A DNA stretch of 64,000 nt. Source: an uncultured delta proteobacterium. GTDB lineage: Bacteria > Desulfobacterota > Desulfobacteria > Desulfobacterales > JAFDCJ01. Shown here in pieces: positions 29,482-39,151 of the stretch (within the stretch, counting starts at the first letter, position 1; the number at the start of each line of letters is the position of its first letter). A model generated the notes under the pieces. It did not search any database. It saw nothing but the letters and a program-made list of their open reading frames with translations, and was not told the origin of the DNA. Made by a program: the position numbers and the translations under genes. The stretch lies in NCBI GenBank assembly GCA_963769935.1, contig CAVYNY010000022.1:320001-384000 (forward strand). Direction: 5' to 3'.

Positions 29482-31732
29482 ATGAAATGGACACCAAAAA
29501 AATACCTCTCAGGTAATATCCTAAAGTTGTTAAAAATTCTGCTTTTACTGGCAGCATGGATGACTGCCATTGGCGTATCCGGTTGTACCCGGAACATTGA
29601 ACAATCTGCTCCACCGCCGGTTATACCGAAAGCGGACGGATTGGCCTCGGCCGGCAGGTTTCGCACGGTGGTAATAGCAGATATGGACAACGACGGTAAT
29701 TTGGATATCGTGGGAGGTGCCTCATCGCCCGGAATGGTGACGATTCATTACGGAGATGGCAAGGGCGAAATATCAAGCCCCCAGAATTTGCCGGTTGCCG
29801 GAGATGTGCGCTCGGTCGGGGTGGCGGATATCAATGAAGACGGATTACCTGATATCGTATTTTCCGTTCAAAAGGAGTCCTCGGGGATCAGAGTTTTTGT
29901 AAATCACTCCCGGCGCCAATGGAAACTCGAAAAGGGTCCCATCGAAATCAATAAATATGAGGGAATAAGAACCGCCGACATAAACGGTGACGGTCATCTG
30001 GATATTATTGCCGCAAATGCGACATCCGCCACCCAAGGCGGAATTCAGGTCTGGCTGGGCGACGGCCGGGGAAACTGGCCGATTGAATCCGGCCCCACCA
30101 TCAGCGGGGTTTACATGGATGTTCTGGCGGCTGATCTGAACCAGGACGGCAATCTGGATCTGATCGGGGCCGGCTGGGGGACTCACGGCGCCTTAAGGGT
30201 CTGGCTGGGCGACGGCGCCGGCAGTTGGTCATCGATAAATCCGCTGGAAAACGGCAGTTACTATGGCTTGAGCATTGGAGATTTGAATAACGACGGGCAT
30301 TTTGACATCTTGGCAGGGTCTCATAGAAAAGGAGTGCGGATTTTTCTGGGAGACGGTCGGGGAGATTTTCATAGGATTTTGAGCCCCGACGAGGTTCTGG
30401 AACGTCAGGTTAAGGGGCAGTCCAAAACGGCGGCCGGTGTCGGTAAATTACCAAGCCCTGGAAAAAACAGGAGTTTCTGGCAGGTACTCGCGCTTGATCT
30501 GGATGGAGACGGGCGCGATGATATTTTAGCCGGCTCACTGGATTCACAAGGCATAAGGGCCTGGCGCAATTTAGGGAATAAGGGCTGGAAGGCTATCGAT
30601 GGTGCATTTCCATCCAACGGCAACTATTATGGGATGGCTTTTGGGGATCTGGACCGGGATGAGAGCCTTGATATCTGCGCTGCCAGTTTTGGAGAAGGAA
30701 TAAAAATATGGCCCGGAAAAGGCGGTGCTTTTAAAATAGACCAGCAGCAAATTGAACGGTTGCAGACCTCGGATTCTCGCAACAATTCGACAGCACCGCT
30801 AGAAAACGATGTCTACAAGACTATCGGAGGGATAGCAGAATATAAAATTGATCCCGGTGACACGCTGGAAATTACGTTTATGGGAGGGTACGGCGGCCCA
30901 AAAAGAGGAAATCCTGGTTCGGCCGGATGGCAAGATTTCTTTCGGTTTCGTTGAAGATCTCGACGTCAAAGGGCTTACCGCTTCCGAACTGGATCGGAAG
31001 TTGACCCACAATTTAAGGGAATATGTCAAAAATCCACGCCTTGACGTGGTCGTAAAGAAATTTAACAGTAAATTTGTTCAGGTAGTTGGTGCCGTCGAAT
31101 CTACCAGGGAGGGCACAGGCCCCGGCAAATACCAGCTGAAAGGCAAGTCTACTGTACTGGAGATGATCGCTCAGGCCGGAGGGCCAACCAGGGATGCCAA
31201 CCTGAATGACGTCAGAATTCGTCGCAGCAACGGCCAGATAGTTTCTTTAAATCTTTTTAAGACGATCAATCAGGGAGATCTCAGCCAGGATCTGGTAGTC
31301 AATAACGGCGATCTGGTATTTATTCCCACGCTGGCCGAAAAAGGCAATCGGGTTTACGTCTTCGGCGAGGTCGAAAAACCGGGCGCTTATACATTTAGCG
31401 GAACCAATTTTCGGCTGTTTGATGCGATTTCCGACGCCGGAGGAGCCACCGTATTTGCCTCGACTGAGAATACCAGGGTGGTTCGCGGTGATCCAACCCG
31501 TCCGGAGTTCATTAGTGCGAATCTTAAAAACTTGATCGAAGAGGGCGATCAATCGCAGAATATGGTTCTGGCCAGCGGAGATCTGGTCTATGTGCCGCGC
31601 AGCGGGTGGGGGGATATCAACGTTTTAAATCAACGCATCCGGCCGCTGTTTGAACTGATATTGTGGCCGGCGCGCACTGTTATAGATTGGTATAATGCTT
31701 CGGATATCATTAGCAATGGAGGCAGTAATTAG
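29482..31732 (+). CDS. Lipoprotein: FG-GAP/VCBS repeat domain fused to polysaccharide export (Wza/OPX) + SLBB domains; +1 frameshift near 30878
   Basis: Lipobox VSGC; about seven ADxNxDGxxDI repeats; removing one T joins YKIDPGDTLEIT to LWEG..ILVRPDGKISF..KGLT, then SLBB-type VFGEVEKPGAY. Confidence 0.8.
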
Positions 31733-31751
31733 AGTTTAGGGAATTTGCACG

Positions 31752-34088
31752 ATGGCACAATATGATGTCGATTTAAGAGACTATTGGCGTATCATTAAAA
31801 AGAGAAAAACCTCGATCATATTTATGGTCCTGCTGGTTGGCATTTGCAGCTACGGGTTTGCCAAACTCAAGGAACCGACTCCGCTTTATGAGGCCAGCTC
31901 TGCCATCAAGATCGATCGGTTTTCCAACATGGCCTCCATATTAACCGGTGAATACTGGCGGCAATCGGAAAACATGGTAACCCATGCCTATATCATCACA
32001 AGCTTTCCGGTTTTGTGCCAGACCGCCAAATTCCTCGAGTGGATTCCCAAAGATATTTCTGAGGAAGAAATTCAAGACTCCCAACAGCACCTTTCCGTCA
32101 TCCGGCGCCTGAAGGCCATGGTCGTACCGGAGCCCCAGGAAGGCACCAATATCATCAACATCCGGGTCAAGTCGGAGAATGCCCGGGAATCTGCAAAAGT
32201 GGCCAACGCTTTTGCACGGTCCTATCGGGAATACAACATCCAGGAGAAAAATAAAAAAACCTTCGAGACCAAAGCCTTTATAGAAGAACAGCTGCGATTG
32301 ACGTCCAATCGGCTCAGACTGGCAGAAAACGAGCTTCAGGCTTTTAAAGAAAGTTACGGTCTCATCTCCTTGGATGCCCAAACTCAAAATACGTTGAACA
32401 GGCTTTATGCGGTGGAAACGGAGTTTGAGAAGACCAAAGTCGACATCGCCGAAGTTGAATCACAGCTGAAGATGATTCAGACCCATAAGGTGCCCACTTC
32501 CGGAATCTTAAATGACAGTTTTTTCGCTGCTTCGCCAAGCTCTCCGGTGTATGGGTTGAAAACCAAGCTGAGCGATTTGCTGCTGAAACGCCAAACCCTG
32601 CTGATCAATTTTACAGATAAACATCCCAGGGTAAAAGAAATCGACGATCAGGTGAACGCAGTACTCCACGAGACGGAGAAGGAGCTGCAATCATTGCTGA
32701 ACTCGTATAATATCCGTAAGAATGATTTTACGCAAAGAATTAATCAACTCCGCCGCGAGAATATGAGCCTGCCCGAAAAGGGATTGCAGCTGGTTCGGCT
32801 GCAGCGTGATGTTGAGCTGCAGGAATCACTTTACTCCCAGTTAAAAGAGAAATATCAGGAAACCTTAATTCAGGAATCCGGCAAAGTAGAGGAAGTAACG
32901 ATTGTCAAACCGGCTTTGCCCCCCGAGGAGCCTTTTAATATCCCATCCAAGTTAATGATTGTTGTTACCGGAATCGTGATGGGACTTGTCATCGGCGTAG
33001 TGTTTGCCTTTTTGGCCGAGGTGTTTGACACATCCATGGGAACCATCGAGGATGTGGAGGAATTGCTGAATGTCCCGGTGCTGGGGATTATTCCCCAGCT
33101 GGATGACGAGATCAAGGGCAAACGCCGCACGGATCGAAGATTACCAACAGAAGACCGGACCCATGATCTGGTAACCCATTATGAACCAAAATCGATGGGT
33201 GCCGAAGCGTTTCGGGCGTTGCGAACCAATCTTCAATTCCTGCGCCTGGAGATGAAGGGTAAACTCTTTCTGATTACAAGCTCGTTTGTGCAGGAAGGCA
33301 AAACCTTAAATGTGGTGAACCTGGCACTGAGCATGGCCCAGGCCGGCAACAAGGTACTGCTGGTGGATGCGGATTTACGCAAACCATCGGTCCACAGGGT
33401 ATTCGGATTGTCCCGGGAACCCGGAATTACAGACTATGTGCTGGGAAATTATCACTGGCAGGAAGTAACCAATACGATTTCCGATGTCATGCTGGGTGAT
33501 TTCGGAATTGACGACATTTTAAAGACTCCGGGGATGGACAATCTCAATGTGGTTACCGCCGGCACCAAACCGCCCAACCCCACAGAAATATTAAGTTCAT
33601 CGCGTTTTCGGGAATTTTTAGCCGAAGCCAATAAAGTTTATGATTTCGTTTTTGTCGATTCACCGCCCATTTTACCGGTAGCCGATGCAGCTGAAATCGC
33701 TCCCCTGATGGATGCCGTCTTTTTGGTGTATACGGTGGGAAAGATCGGCCGTGGTGTCCTTAAACGTGCCAAGTCCAACCTGGACAATGTGGATGCCAAG
33801 GTTTTGGGTGTTATCTTAAACAACGTCAAGCCCGAAGCCGGCCCCGAGTATTTTAAATATCATTCCCAGCATTATTACGGTCCCGAAGGCGAATCGACTC
33901 ATCAAAAAAGAAAATTTTCAAAATGGCTGCAGAAAATAAGAATACCCCTAACCAAAGGGACAATAATAAAACTAAGTGTATTTGTCATCGCTCTGGTATT
34001 GTTGGCGCTGGGTATTTTCTGGCAGGATATAAATTATTTTACCAACGATTGGCTTGCAACACTAAAGGGATTATTCGCCTCACCTTAA
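31752..34088 (+). CDS. wzc: Wzc-like polysaccharide co-polymerase / BY tyrosine kinase
   Basis: DLRDYWRII, two TMs flanking a coiled coil, EAFRALRTN, SSFVQEGKT, LLVDADLRKP, VDSPP, Tyr cluster EYFKYHSQHYY. Confidence 0.9.
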   Translation: MAQYDVDLRDYWRIIKKRKTSIIFMVLLVGICSYGFAKLKEPTPLYEASSAIKIDRFSNMASILTGEYWRQSENMVTHAYIITSFPVLCQTAKFLEWIPKDISEEEIQDSQQHLSVIRRLKAMVVPEPQEGTNIINIRVKSENARESAKVANAFARSYREYNIQEKNKKTFETKAFIEEQLRLTSNRLRLAENELQAFKESYGLISLDAQTQNTLNRLYAVETEFEKTKVDIAEVESQLKMIQTHKVPTSGILNDSFFAASPSSPVYGLKTKLSDLLLKRQTLLINFTDKHPRVKEIDDQVNAVLHETEKELQSLLNSYNIRKNDFTQRINQLRRENMSLPEKGLQLVRLQRDVELQESLYSQLKEKYQETLIQESGKVEEVTIVKPALPPEEPFNIPSKLMIVVTGIVMGLVIGVVFAFLAEVFDTSMGTIEDVEELLNVPVLGIIPQLDDEIKGKRRTDRRLPTEDRTHDLVTHYEPKSMGAEAFRALRTNLQFLRLEMKGKLFLITSSFVQEGKTLNVVNLALSMAQAGNKVLLVDADLRKPSVHRVFGLSREPGITDYVLGNYHWQEVTNTISDVMLGDFGIDDILKTPGMDNLNVVTAGTKPPNPTEILSSSRFREFLAEANKVYDFVFVDSPPILPVADAAEIAPLMDAVFLVYTVGKIGRGVLKRAKSNLDNVDAKVLGVILNNVKPEAGPEYFKYHSQHYYGPEGESTHQKRKFSKWLQKIRIPLTKGTIIKLSVFVIALVLLALGIFWQDINYFTNDWLATLKGLFASP

Positions 34089-34164
34089 AGCAGATATTTC
34101 TTATACCTAAAAGGCGCTTCACAACATAATGCCGAATGCTGAATTTAATAATTAGAGGTAAAGG

Positions 34165-35556
34165 GTGCGATCATTATTATTTGTAATCTCATTTCTGCTG
34201 GTCGCTTTGCTGGCTGGTTTTCTCCTCACCCAGTATTCACCCACCTTTCTTGTGCTGGCGGTTGTTGCGCTCATTATCTTCACCGTTTCCTTTATCAACA
34301 TCGAATGGGGTCTCTACATCCTGATTGTTTCCATGTTGTTGTCACCGGAATTTATGGCCGGTGATACCGGCGGGGCAACTTTGGGCAGAGGGGTAACACT
34401 GCGTCTGGAAGATTTCATGTTGGCGGTCATCGGAATCAGCTGGTTCGCGAGGAATGCGGTAAACAAGGAGCTTGGGCTTTTTTTAAAAACGCCTTTAAAC
34501 AAGGCCATCCTTTTTTACATTTTAGCCTGTGTATTGTCAACCGGCTTCGGCATCATGGCCGGCCGGGTCGAGCTGAAAACCGGTTCCCTGTATGTATTAA
34601 AATATATTGAATATTTCATCGTTTTTTTCATGATGGTCAATCATGTCCGCAACACGGATCAAATCAGGCGGTTTATAATCTGTTTATTTTTAACATGTTT
34701 TATTGCGTCGCTTATCGGCGCATTTCAAATTCCAGGGGGGGGGCGTGTGAGCGCACCGTTTGAAGGGGAAGTCGGAGAACCCAACACCTTCGGCGGATAC
34801 CTTCTGTTTATGGGGGCCGTGGCAGCCGGCTTACTTGCCAAATCCGAGAATTTAAGAAGCAGGCAAATTCTGGCCATCTTAATATTTTGCATCATCCCGC
34901 CGTTACTGTTCACCCAGTCCCGATCCTCCTATCTGGCAATTGTTCCGGCCCTGCTGGTACTGGGATATTTGACGGAGCGCAGGCTCATTATCTTGGGTTT
35001 GCTTGCGATTGCTCTCTTGGTAAGTCCTCTCTTTCTGCCCAAGGCCGTTAAAAACAGAGTTATGTTTACCTTCACCCAACCCGAGGAGCAGGGTCAGATT
35101 CGAATCGGCGAGTTGCGTCTGGATACCTCAACGTCTGCCAGAATAAAAAGTTGGAAAGATGCATTTGCGGATTGGCCCAAACATCCTTTGCTTGGATATG
35201 GCGTTACCGGTTATCATTTTGTGGATGCTCAATTTCCCCGGGTACTGATTGAGACAGGAATTTTAGGTTTGACTGCTTTTTTGTATCTTCTTTATTCCAT
35301 ACTCAAATTAACACTGAAAAATTTGAAAGAAGTCAAAACTCCCTATTTTCAAGGGCTTGGGATCGGGTTCCTGGCCGGTTTCGTGGGGCTCATTGTGCAT
35401 GCCATCGGGGCCAATACTTTTATTATTGTTCGTATCATGGAGCCCTTCTGGTTTTTTGTAGGAATTGTAGCAGTTCTGCCGATGCTGGAAAACCAACCCG
35501 CCGAACAAATTTCGGAAATCCCGGTGGCGGGCAGTACTGTCAAATTCAGCTTATGA
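34165..35556 (+). CDS. O-antigen ligase / Wzy-like polymerase family membrane protein
   Basis: Many TMs; EPNTFGGYL, FTQSRSSY, SARIKSW...HPLLGYG. Confidence 0.82.
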   Translation: MRSLLFVISFLLVALLAGFLLTQYSPTFLVLAVVALIIFTVSFINIEWGLYILIVSMLLSPEFMAGDTGGATLGRGVTLRLEDFMLAVIGISWFARNAVNKELGLFLKTPLNKAILFYILACVLSTGFGIMAGRVELKTGSLYVLKYIEYFIVFFMMVNHVRNTDQIRRFIICLFLTCFIASLIGAFQIPGGGRVSAPFEGEVGEPNTFGGYLLFMGAVAAGLLAKSENLRSRQILAILIFCIIPPLLFTQSRSSYLAIVPALLVLGYLTERRLIILGLLAIALLVSPLFLPKAVKNRVMFTFTQPEEQGQIRIGELRLDTSTSARIKSWKDAFADWPKHPLLGYGVTGYHFVDAQFPRVLIETGILGLTAFLYLLYSILKLTLKNLKEVKTPYFQGLGIGFLAGFVGLIVHAIGANTFIIVRIMEPFWFFVGIVAVLPMLENQPAEQISEIPVAGSTVKFSL

Positions 35557-35724
35557 TATATCGAGTGAGGCATTACTTCTTTTCTGCATCTTCCAAGGAG
35601 CGAAAAGATCTGCCTAAAACAACCAGGTATACTATTCACAATACTGGGCATACCTGTGATACATTGGTAATTCAATGTTGTTGAGATTCTATCAGCCATC
35701 TTACCGGTTTTGCTATCTTTGATC

Positions 35725-36267
35725 CTACCCGGGATTATTTCCCTTTAACCGGTTAACCGCCAGAAACAGCCCAGCAATGGATTTGGCGTCCTGAATCTCT
35801 CCCCGTTTTATCATTTCCAAGGCCTCATCGAACTCGATTTCATGGACATTGATGATTTCATCTTCGTCGAGGTGTTGCCGGGCCGGCTGCAGTCCGCTCG
35901 CCAGAAAGATATGAATCCTTTCATCCGAGTACCCGGGCACCGGCGTGATTTCGCCCAATTTCTGCCATTGGTCGGCCGAGTAGCCGGTTTCCTCAATCAG
36001 TTCCCTTTTGGCGCAATTCAGCACCGATTCCTGTGGATCAAGTGTACCGGCCGGAATTTCCCAGATATAGTCTTTCAACGCATGGCGGTATTGTTTTAGC
36101 AGGAGGACCTTGGATTCATACAGCAACGGGATAATGGCCGCTGCTCCGGGATGCTCCACAAATTCCAGATCGGTGGTGACACCGTTAGCCAGTGTGACAT
36201 TTTCTCTTATCAGGTCGAATACTCTGGCCCGATGGACAATCTGTCGGTTGTTTACCTTTGCAGTCAT
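35725..36267 (-). CDS. NUDIX hydrolase (ADP-ribose pyrophosphatase-like)
   Basis: EHPGAAAI, QYRH, WEIPAGTLD...AKRELIEETG, IQDAKS. Confidence 0.9.
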   Translation of the reverse strand: MTAKVNNRQIVHRARVFDLIRENVTLANGVTTDLEFVEHPGAAAIIPLLYESKVLLLKQYRHALKDYIWEIPAGTLDPQESVLNCAKRELIEETGYSADQWQKLGEITPVPGYSDERIHIFLASGLQPARQHLDEDEIINVHEIEFDEALEMIKRGEIQDAKSIAGLFLAVNRLKGNNPG

Positions 36268-36346
36268 AGTTGGCTCCTGTTTTTTATTTGGTTTTCGCCA
36301 GATATGTAGTATATAAATTGTAAGTCTGTCGTCAATAGGTTTAATT

Positions 36347-37021
36347 ATGCCGGGAAATAGAAAAATCAATCCGGGGATTTACCTTGTGGTTGTCTGCCTT
36401 GCAATTCTTTCCTGCCAAGCGATTCGAACGACTTATAATGTCACCGAAGGAGCCGTCAAAACTACTTACAAGCTTTCTAAATTTACCGTTAAATCTGCCT
36501 ACGGTGCCGGCAAACTTATTTATCTTGTGGGCGGTTTTACTTTCGAGGTGGTATCCGCCCCGCTAAGCTGGCCTTTGACGCACCAGGAGATAGAGACCAT
36601 TGACGATCTTCCGCCCAAAGAGGCCATTCGCCAGGATAAAGTCAAAAAATCGCCCTATGTCGTCAACGGCAGGCGGTACGTGCCCATGTCCGTGGAGCAG
36701 GCGCGCAAGTATCAGGAAACCGGCACGGCGTCCTGGTATGGATTTGAGACCTATCAGCAGGAAGGCGGCCACATGACGGCCAACGGCGAGGCCTTTAATC
36801 CCAGCGGGCTGACTGCGGCGCATAAGTATTTACCGCTGCCGACTTTTGTCAAAGTAACCAATCTTGAAAACCGCCGCAGCATTATCCTGCGGGTCAACGA
36901 CCGCGGTCCTTTCGTAGACGGCCGGATCATCGACCTGAGCGCCGGCGCCGCGCGCAAATTAGGCTTCTATGAGCAGGGAACCGCCAAAGTACGGGTCGAG
37001 GCCATTTCGGCTGAAGGCTAG
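36347..37021 (+). CDS. rlpA: RlpA family lytic transglycosylase lipoprotein
   Basis: Lipobox ILSC; ASWYG, TANGE, TAAHKYLP, VNDRGPF, IIDLS. Confidence 0.88.
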   Translation: MPGNRKINPGIYLVVVCLAILSCQAIRTTYNVTEGAVKTTYKLSKFTVKSAYGAGKLIYLVGGFTFEVVSAPLSWPLTHQEIETIDDLPPKEAIRQDKVKKSPYVVNGRRYVPMSVEQARKYQETGTASWYGFETYQQEGGHMTANGEAFNPSGLTAAHKYLPLPTFVKVTNLENRRSIILRVNDRGPFVDGRIIDLSAGAARKLGFYEQGTAKVRVEAISAEG

Positions 37022-37389
37022 GAAATAGGTTGAATGCCAAAACTGATCGGTTCCAGGTCCAGGGTTCAAATGTTACAACCAATAGAGACCGTTTTTATCT
37101 CATCGGAATTGGCCTTAAGCTCCGGTGCATACATGGCATGGCCCCGGGTGGGCCGAGCACTGAATTTGCCCGGGGTTTCCGCCCGCAGCCGGTAACTGAT
37201 ACCGTGCCGGCCCCTACCTGAACTTTAGCAAAATTTGGTATTTGTTATTTGATATTATCCGATCTTGACGTTCAACTAAAATCGCGATAATCTCTTGTAA
37301 TTAGAGAATAAAGTTGTCACCGGAATCGATCCGACGGCTGTGCGACATTGCTTAAATCGATCGCGATATCAGGCGAGAAAGGAACCTCT

Positions 37390-38715
37390 ATGAAAAAACC
37401 CCAAATAAAAACGTCACTGCCCGGGCCGCAGGCTGAGAAACTGATCAAACTGGATAAAACCTATGTCTCCCCTTCCTACACCCGTGTTTATCCGCTCGTT
37501 GCCGACAAAGCCAAAGGCCTCTGGGTCCAGGATGTCGACGGCAACATCTTTCTCGATTTTACAGCCGGAATTGCCGTCAATGCCACCGGCCATTGCCATC
37601 CTCAGGTTGTTAAAGCGATCCAGACCCAGGCCCGGCGATTGCTGCACATGTCCGGCACGGATTTTTACTACACCCCTCAGATCATCCTGGCCGAAAAATT
37701 AGCCTCACTCCTGCCCGGTCGAGGCGCCAAACGGGTTTATTTTGGCAATTCCGGTGCTGAAGCAGTTGAAGCTGCCTTTAAGCTGGCGCGCTGGCACACC
37801 AAACGTGAGTTGAACATTGCGTTTTTTGGTGCTTTTCACGGGCGCACCATGGGAGCGCTTTCGCTAACCGCCAGCAAGACCGTTCAGAAAAAACACTATA
37901 ATCCGTTCGTGCCGGGTATCACCCATATTCCCTATGCCTACTGTTATCGCTGTGCCTACAACCTAACCTATCCCCAGTGCCATCTATACTGTGTGCGCTG
38001 GGTTGAGGATACTCTTTTTCGAACAACGGTACCGGCCGATGAAGTCGCAGCCATTTTCGTGGAGCCGATTCAGGGCGAGGGGGGCTATATCGTACCGCCA
38101 CCTGAATTTCACAAGGAATTGAAAAAGATCGCCGTTAAGTACGGCATTCTTTATGTTGCCGATGAAGTTCAGTCAGGCATGGGTCGCACCGGCAAGATGT
38201 TTGCAATGCAGCACTTCGGGGTTGCGGCGGATATAGTAGCGGTGGCCAAGGGGATCGCCTCCGGATTGCCCCTGGGCGCCATGATTGCACCGGCAAAAAT
38301 CATGAACTGGGAAGCCGGTTCCCACGCATCAACGTTTGGCGGCAATCCGCTTTCCTGCCAGGCGGCGATGGTGACCATCGAACTGCTTGAAAATAGTTTG
38401 ATGAAAAACGCTGCCGATAAGGGCGAGCGGCTTTTAAAGGGTCTGGCTGAACTGCAAAAAACCTATGAATGTATGGGCGATGTCCGGGGTAAAGGCTTGA
38501 TGGTGGCGGTTGAACTGGTTAAGGATCGCACGACCAAGAAGCCGGCAACCGATTGGCGGAGCCGGATAATTAATAGAGCATTTGAGAAGGGATTACTTCT
38601 ATTGGGCTGCGGTGAAAACAGCATCCGCTTTTCGCCGTCCCTGACCGTAAACGATGATGAGGTCGATGTTTGCCTGTCCATATTCGAAGAAGCCGTCAAG
38701 GAGGTGGCGGGATGA
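37390..38715 (+). CDS. Class III PLP aminotransferase (GabT/ArgD/Lat-like)
   Basis: NSGAEAVEAA, AFHGRT, EPIQGEGG, DEVQSGMGRTG, AKGIASG, STFGGNP. Confidence 0.9.
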   Translation: MKKPQIKTSLPGPQAEKLIKLDKTYVSPSYTRVYPLVADKAKGLWVQDVDGNIFLDFTAGIAVNATGHCHPQVVKAIQTQARRLLHMSGTDFYYTPQIILAEKLASLLPGRGAKRVYFGNSGAEAVEAAFKLARWHTKRELNIAFFGAFHGRTMGALSLTASKTVQKKHYNPFVPGITHIPYAYCYRCAYNLTYPQCHLYCVRWVEDTLFRTTVPADEVAAIFVEPIQGEGGYIVPPPEFHKELKKIAVKYGILYVADEVQSGMGRTGKMFAMQHFGVAADIVAVAKGIASGLPLGAMIAPAKIMNWEAGSHASTFGGNPLSCQAAMVTIELLENSLMKNAADKGERLLKGLAELQKTYECMGDVRGKGLMVAVELVKDRTTKKPATDWRSRIINRAFEKGLLLLGCGENSIRFSPSLTVNDDEVDVCLSIFEEAVKEVAG

Positions 38716-38717
38716 AC

Positions 38718-39000
38718 CGATTGCGGATTTCGAATTTTAGATTGCGGAATTTTTAGGTTGCGGCTTGCAGGTTGCAAGCTATGCGATGCTGGATTCTGCT
38801 TAGAGAACAAAGGCAAAAGGCAAAAGGTTAAAGGAAAAAGGTTGTTAGTTAATTGAATTTATTGTGTTTGTTGAGTTAAAAGGGAGAGAGCGGGAAATGC
38901 CGGTTTTTTTCTCAACTTCTTACCTTCTTATCTACTTTCTTCCTGAGCTTCTCAACTTCCCAGCCTTCAAGCCTTTCAGCTTCTGTCCTCAGTCCTCCTT
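38718..39000. repeat. Mosaic array of 7-, 8- and 9-nt degenerate tandem repeats
   Basis: GATTGCG/GGTTGCA units; AAAGGCA-like x5; TTGAGTTTA-like 9-mers; TTCTCAAC/TTCCCAGC 8-mers; GTCCTCAGTCCTC. Confidence 0.75.
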
Positions 39001-39151
39001 GTCTTCTGTTCAAACTAAAGCTCGGGTTCGGTTGGATGGTGGTATATTAACTTGCAAACCCGGATGCCGGGGGTTATTGTTTAGAGAGGCAGACAAACTA
39101 GTGCGGTTTGCGGATTAGAGCCGGAAATAAAAATTGAAAGGATTTGATTGG

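Noticed and set aside
38718..39000. Repeat arrays as a CRISPR array
   Set aside because: Units are 7-9 nt, tandem and degenerate, with no unique spacers and no cas genes.
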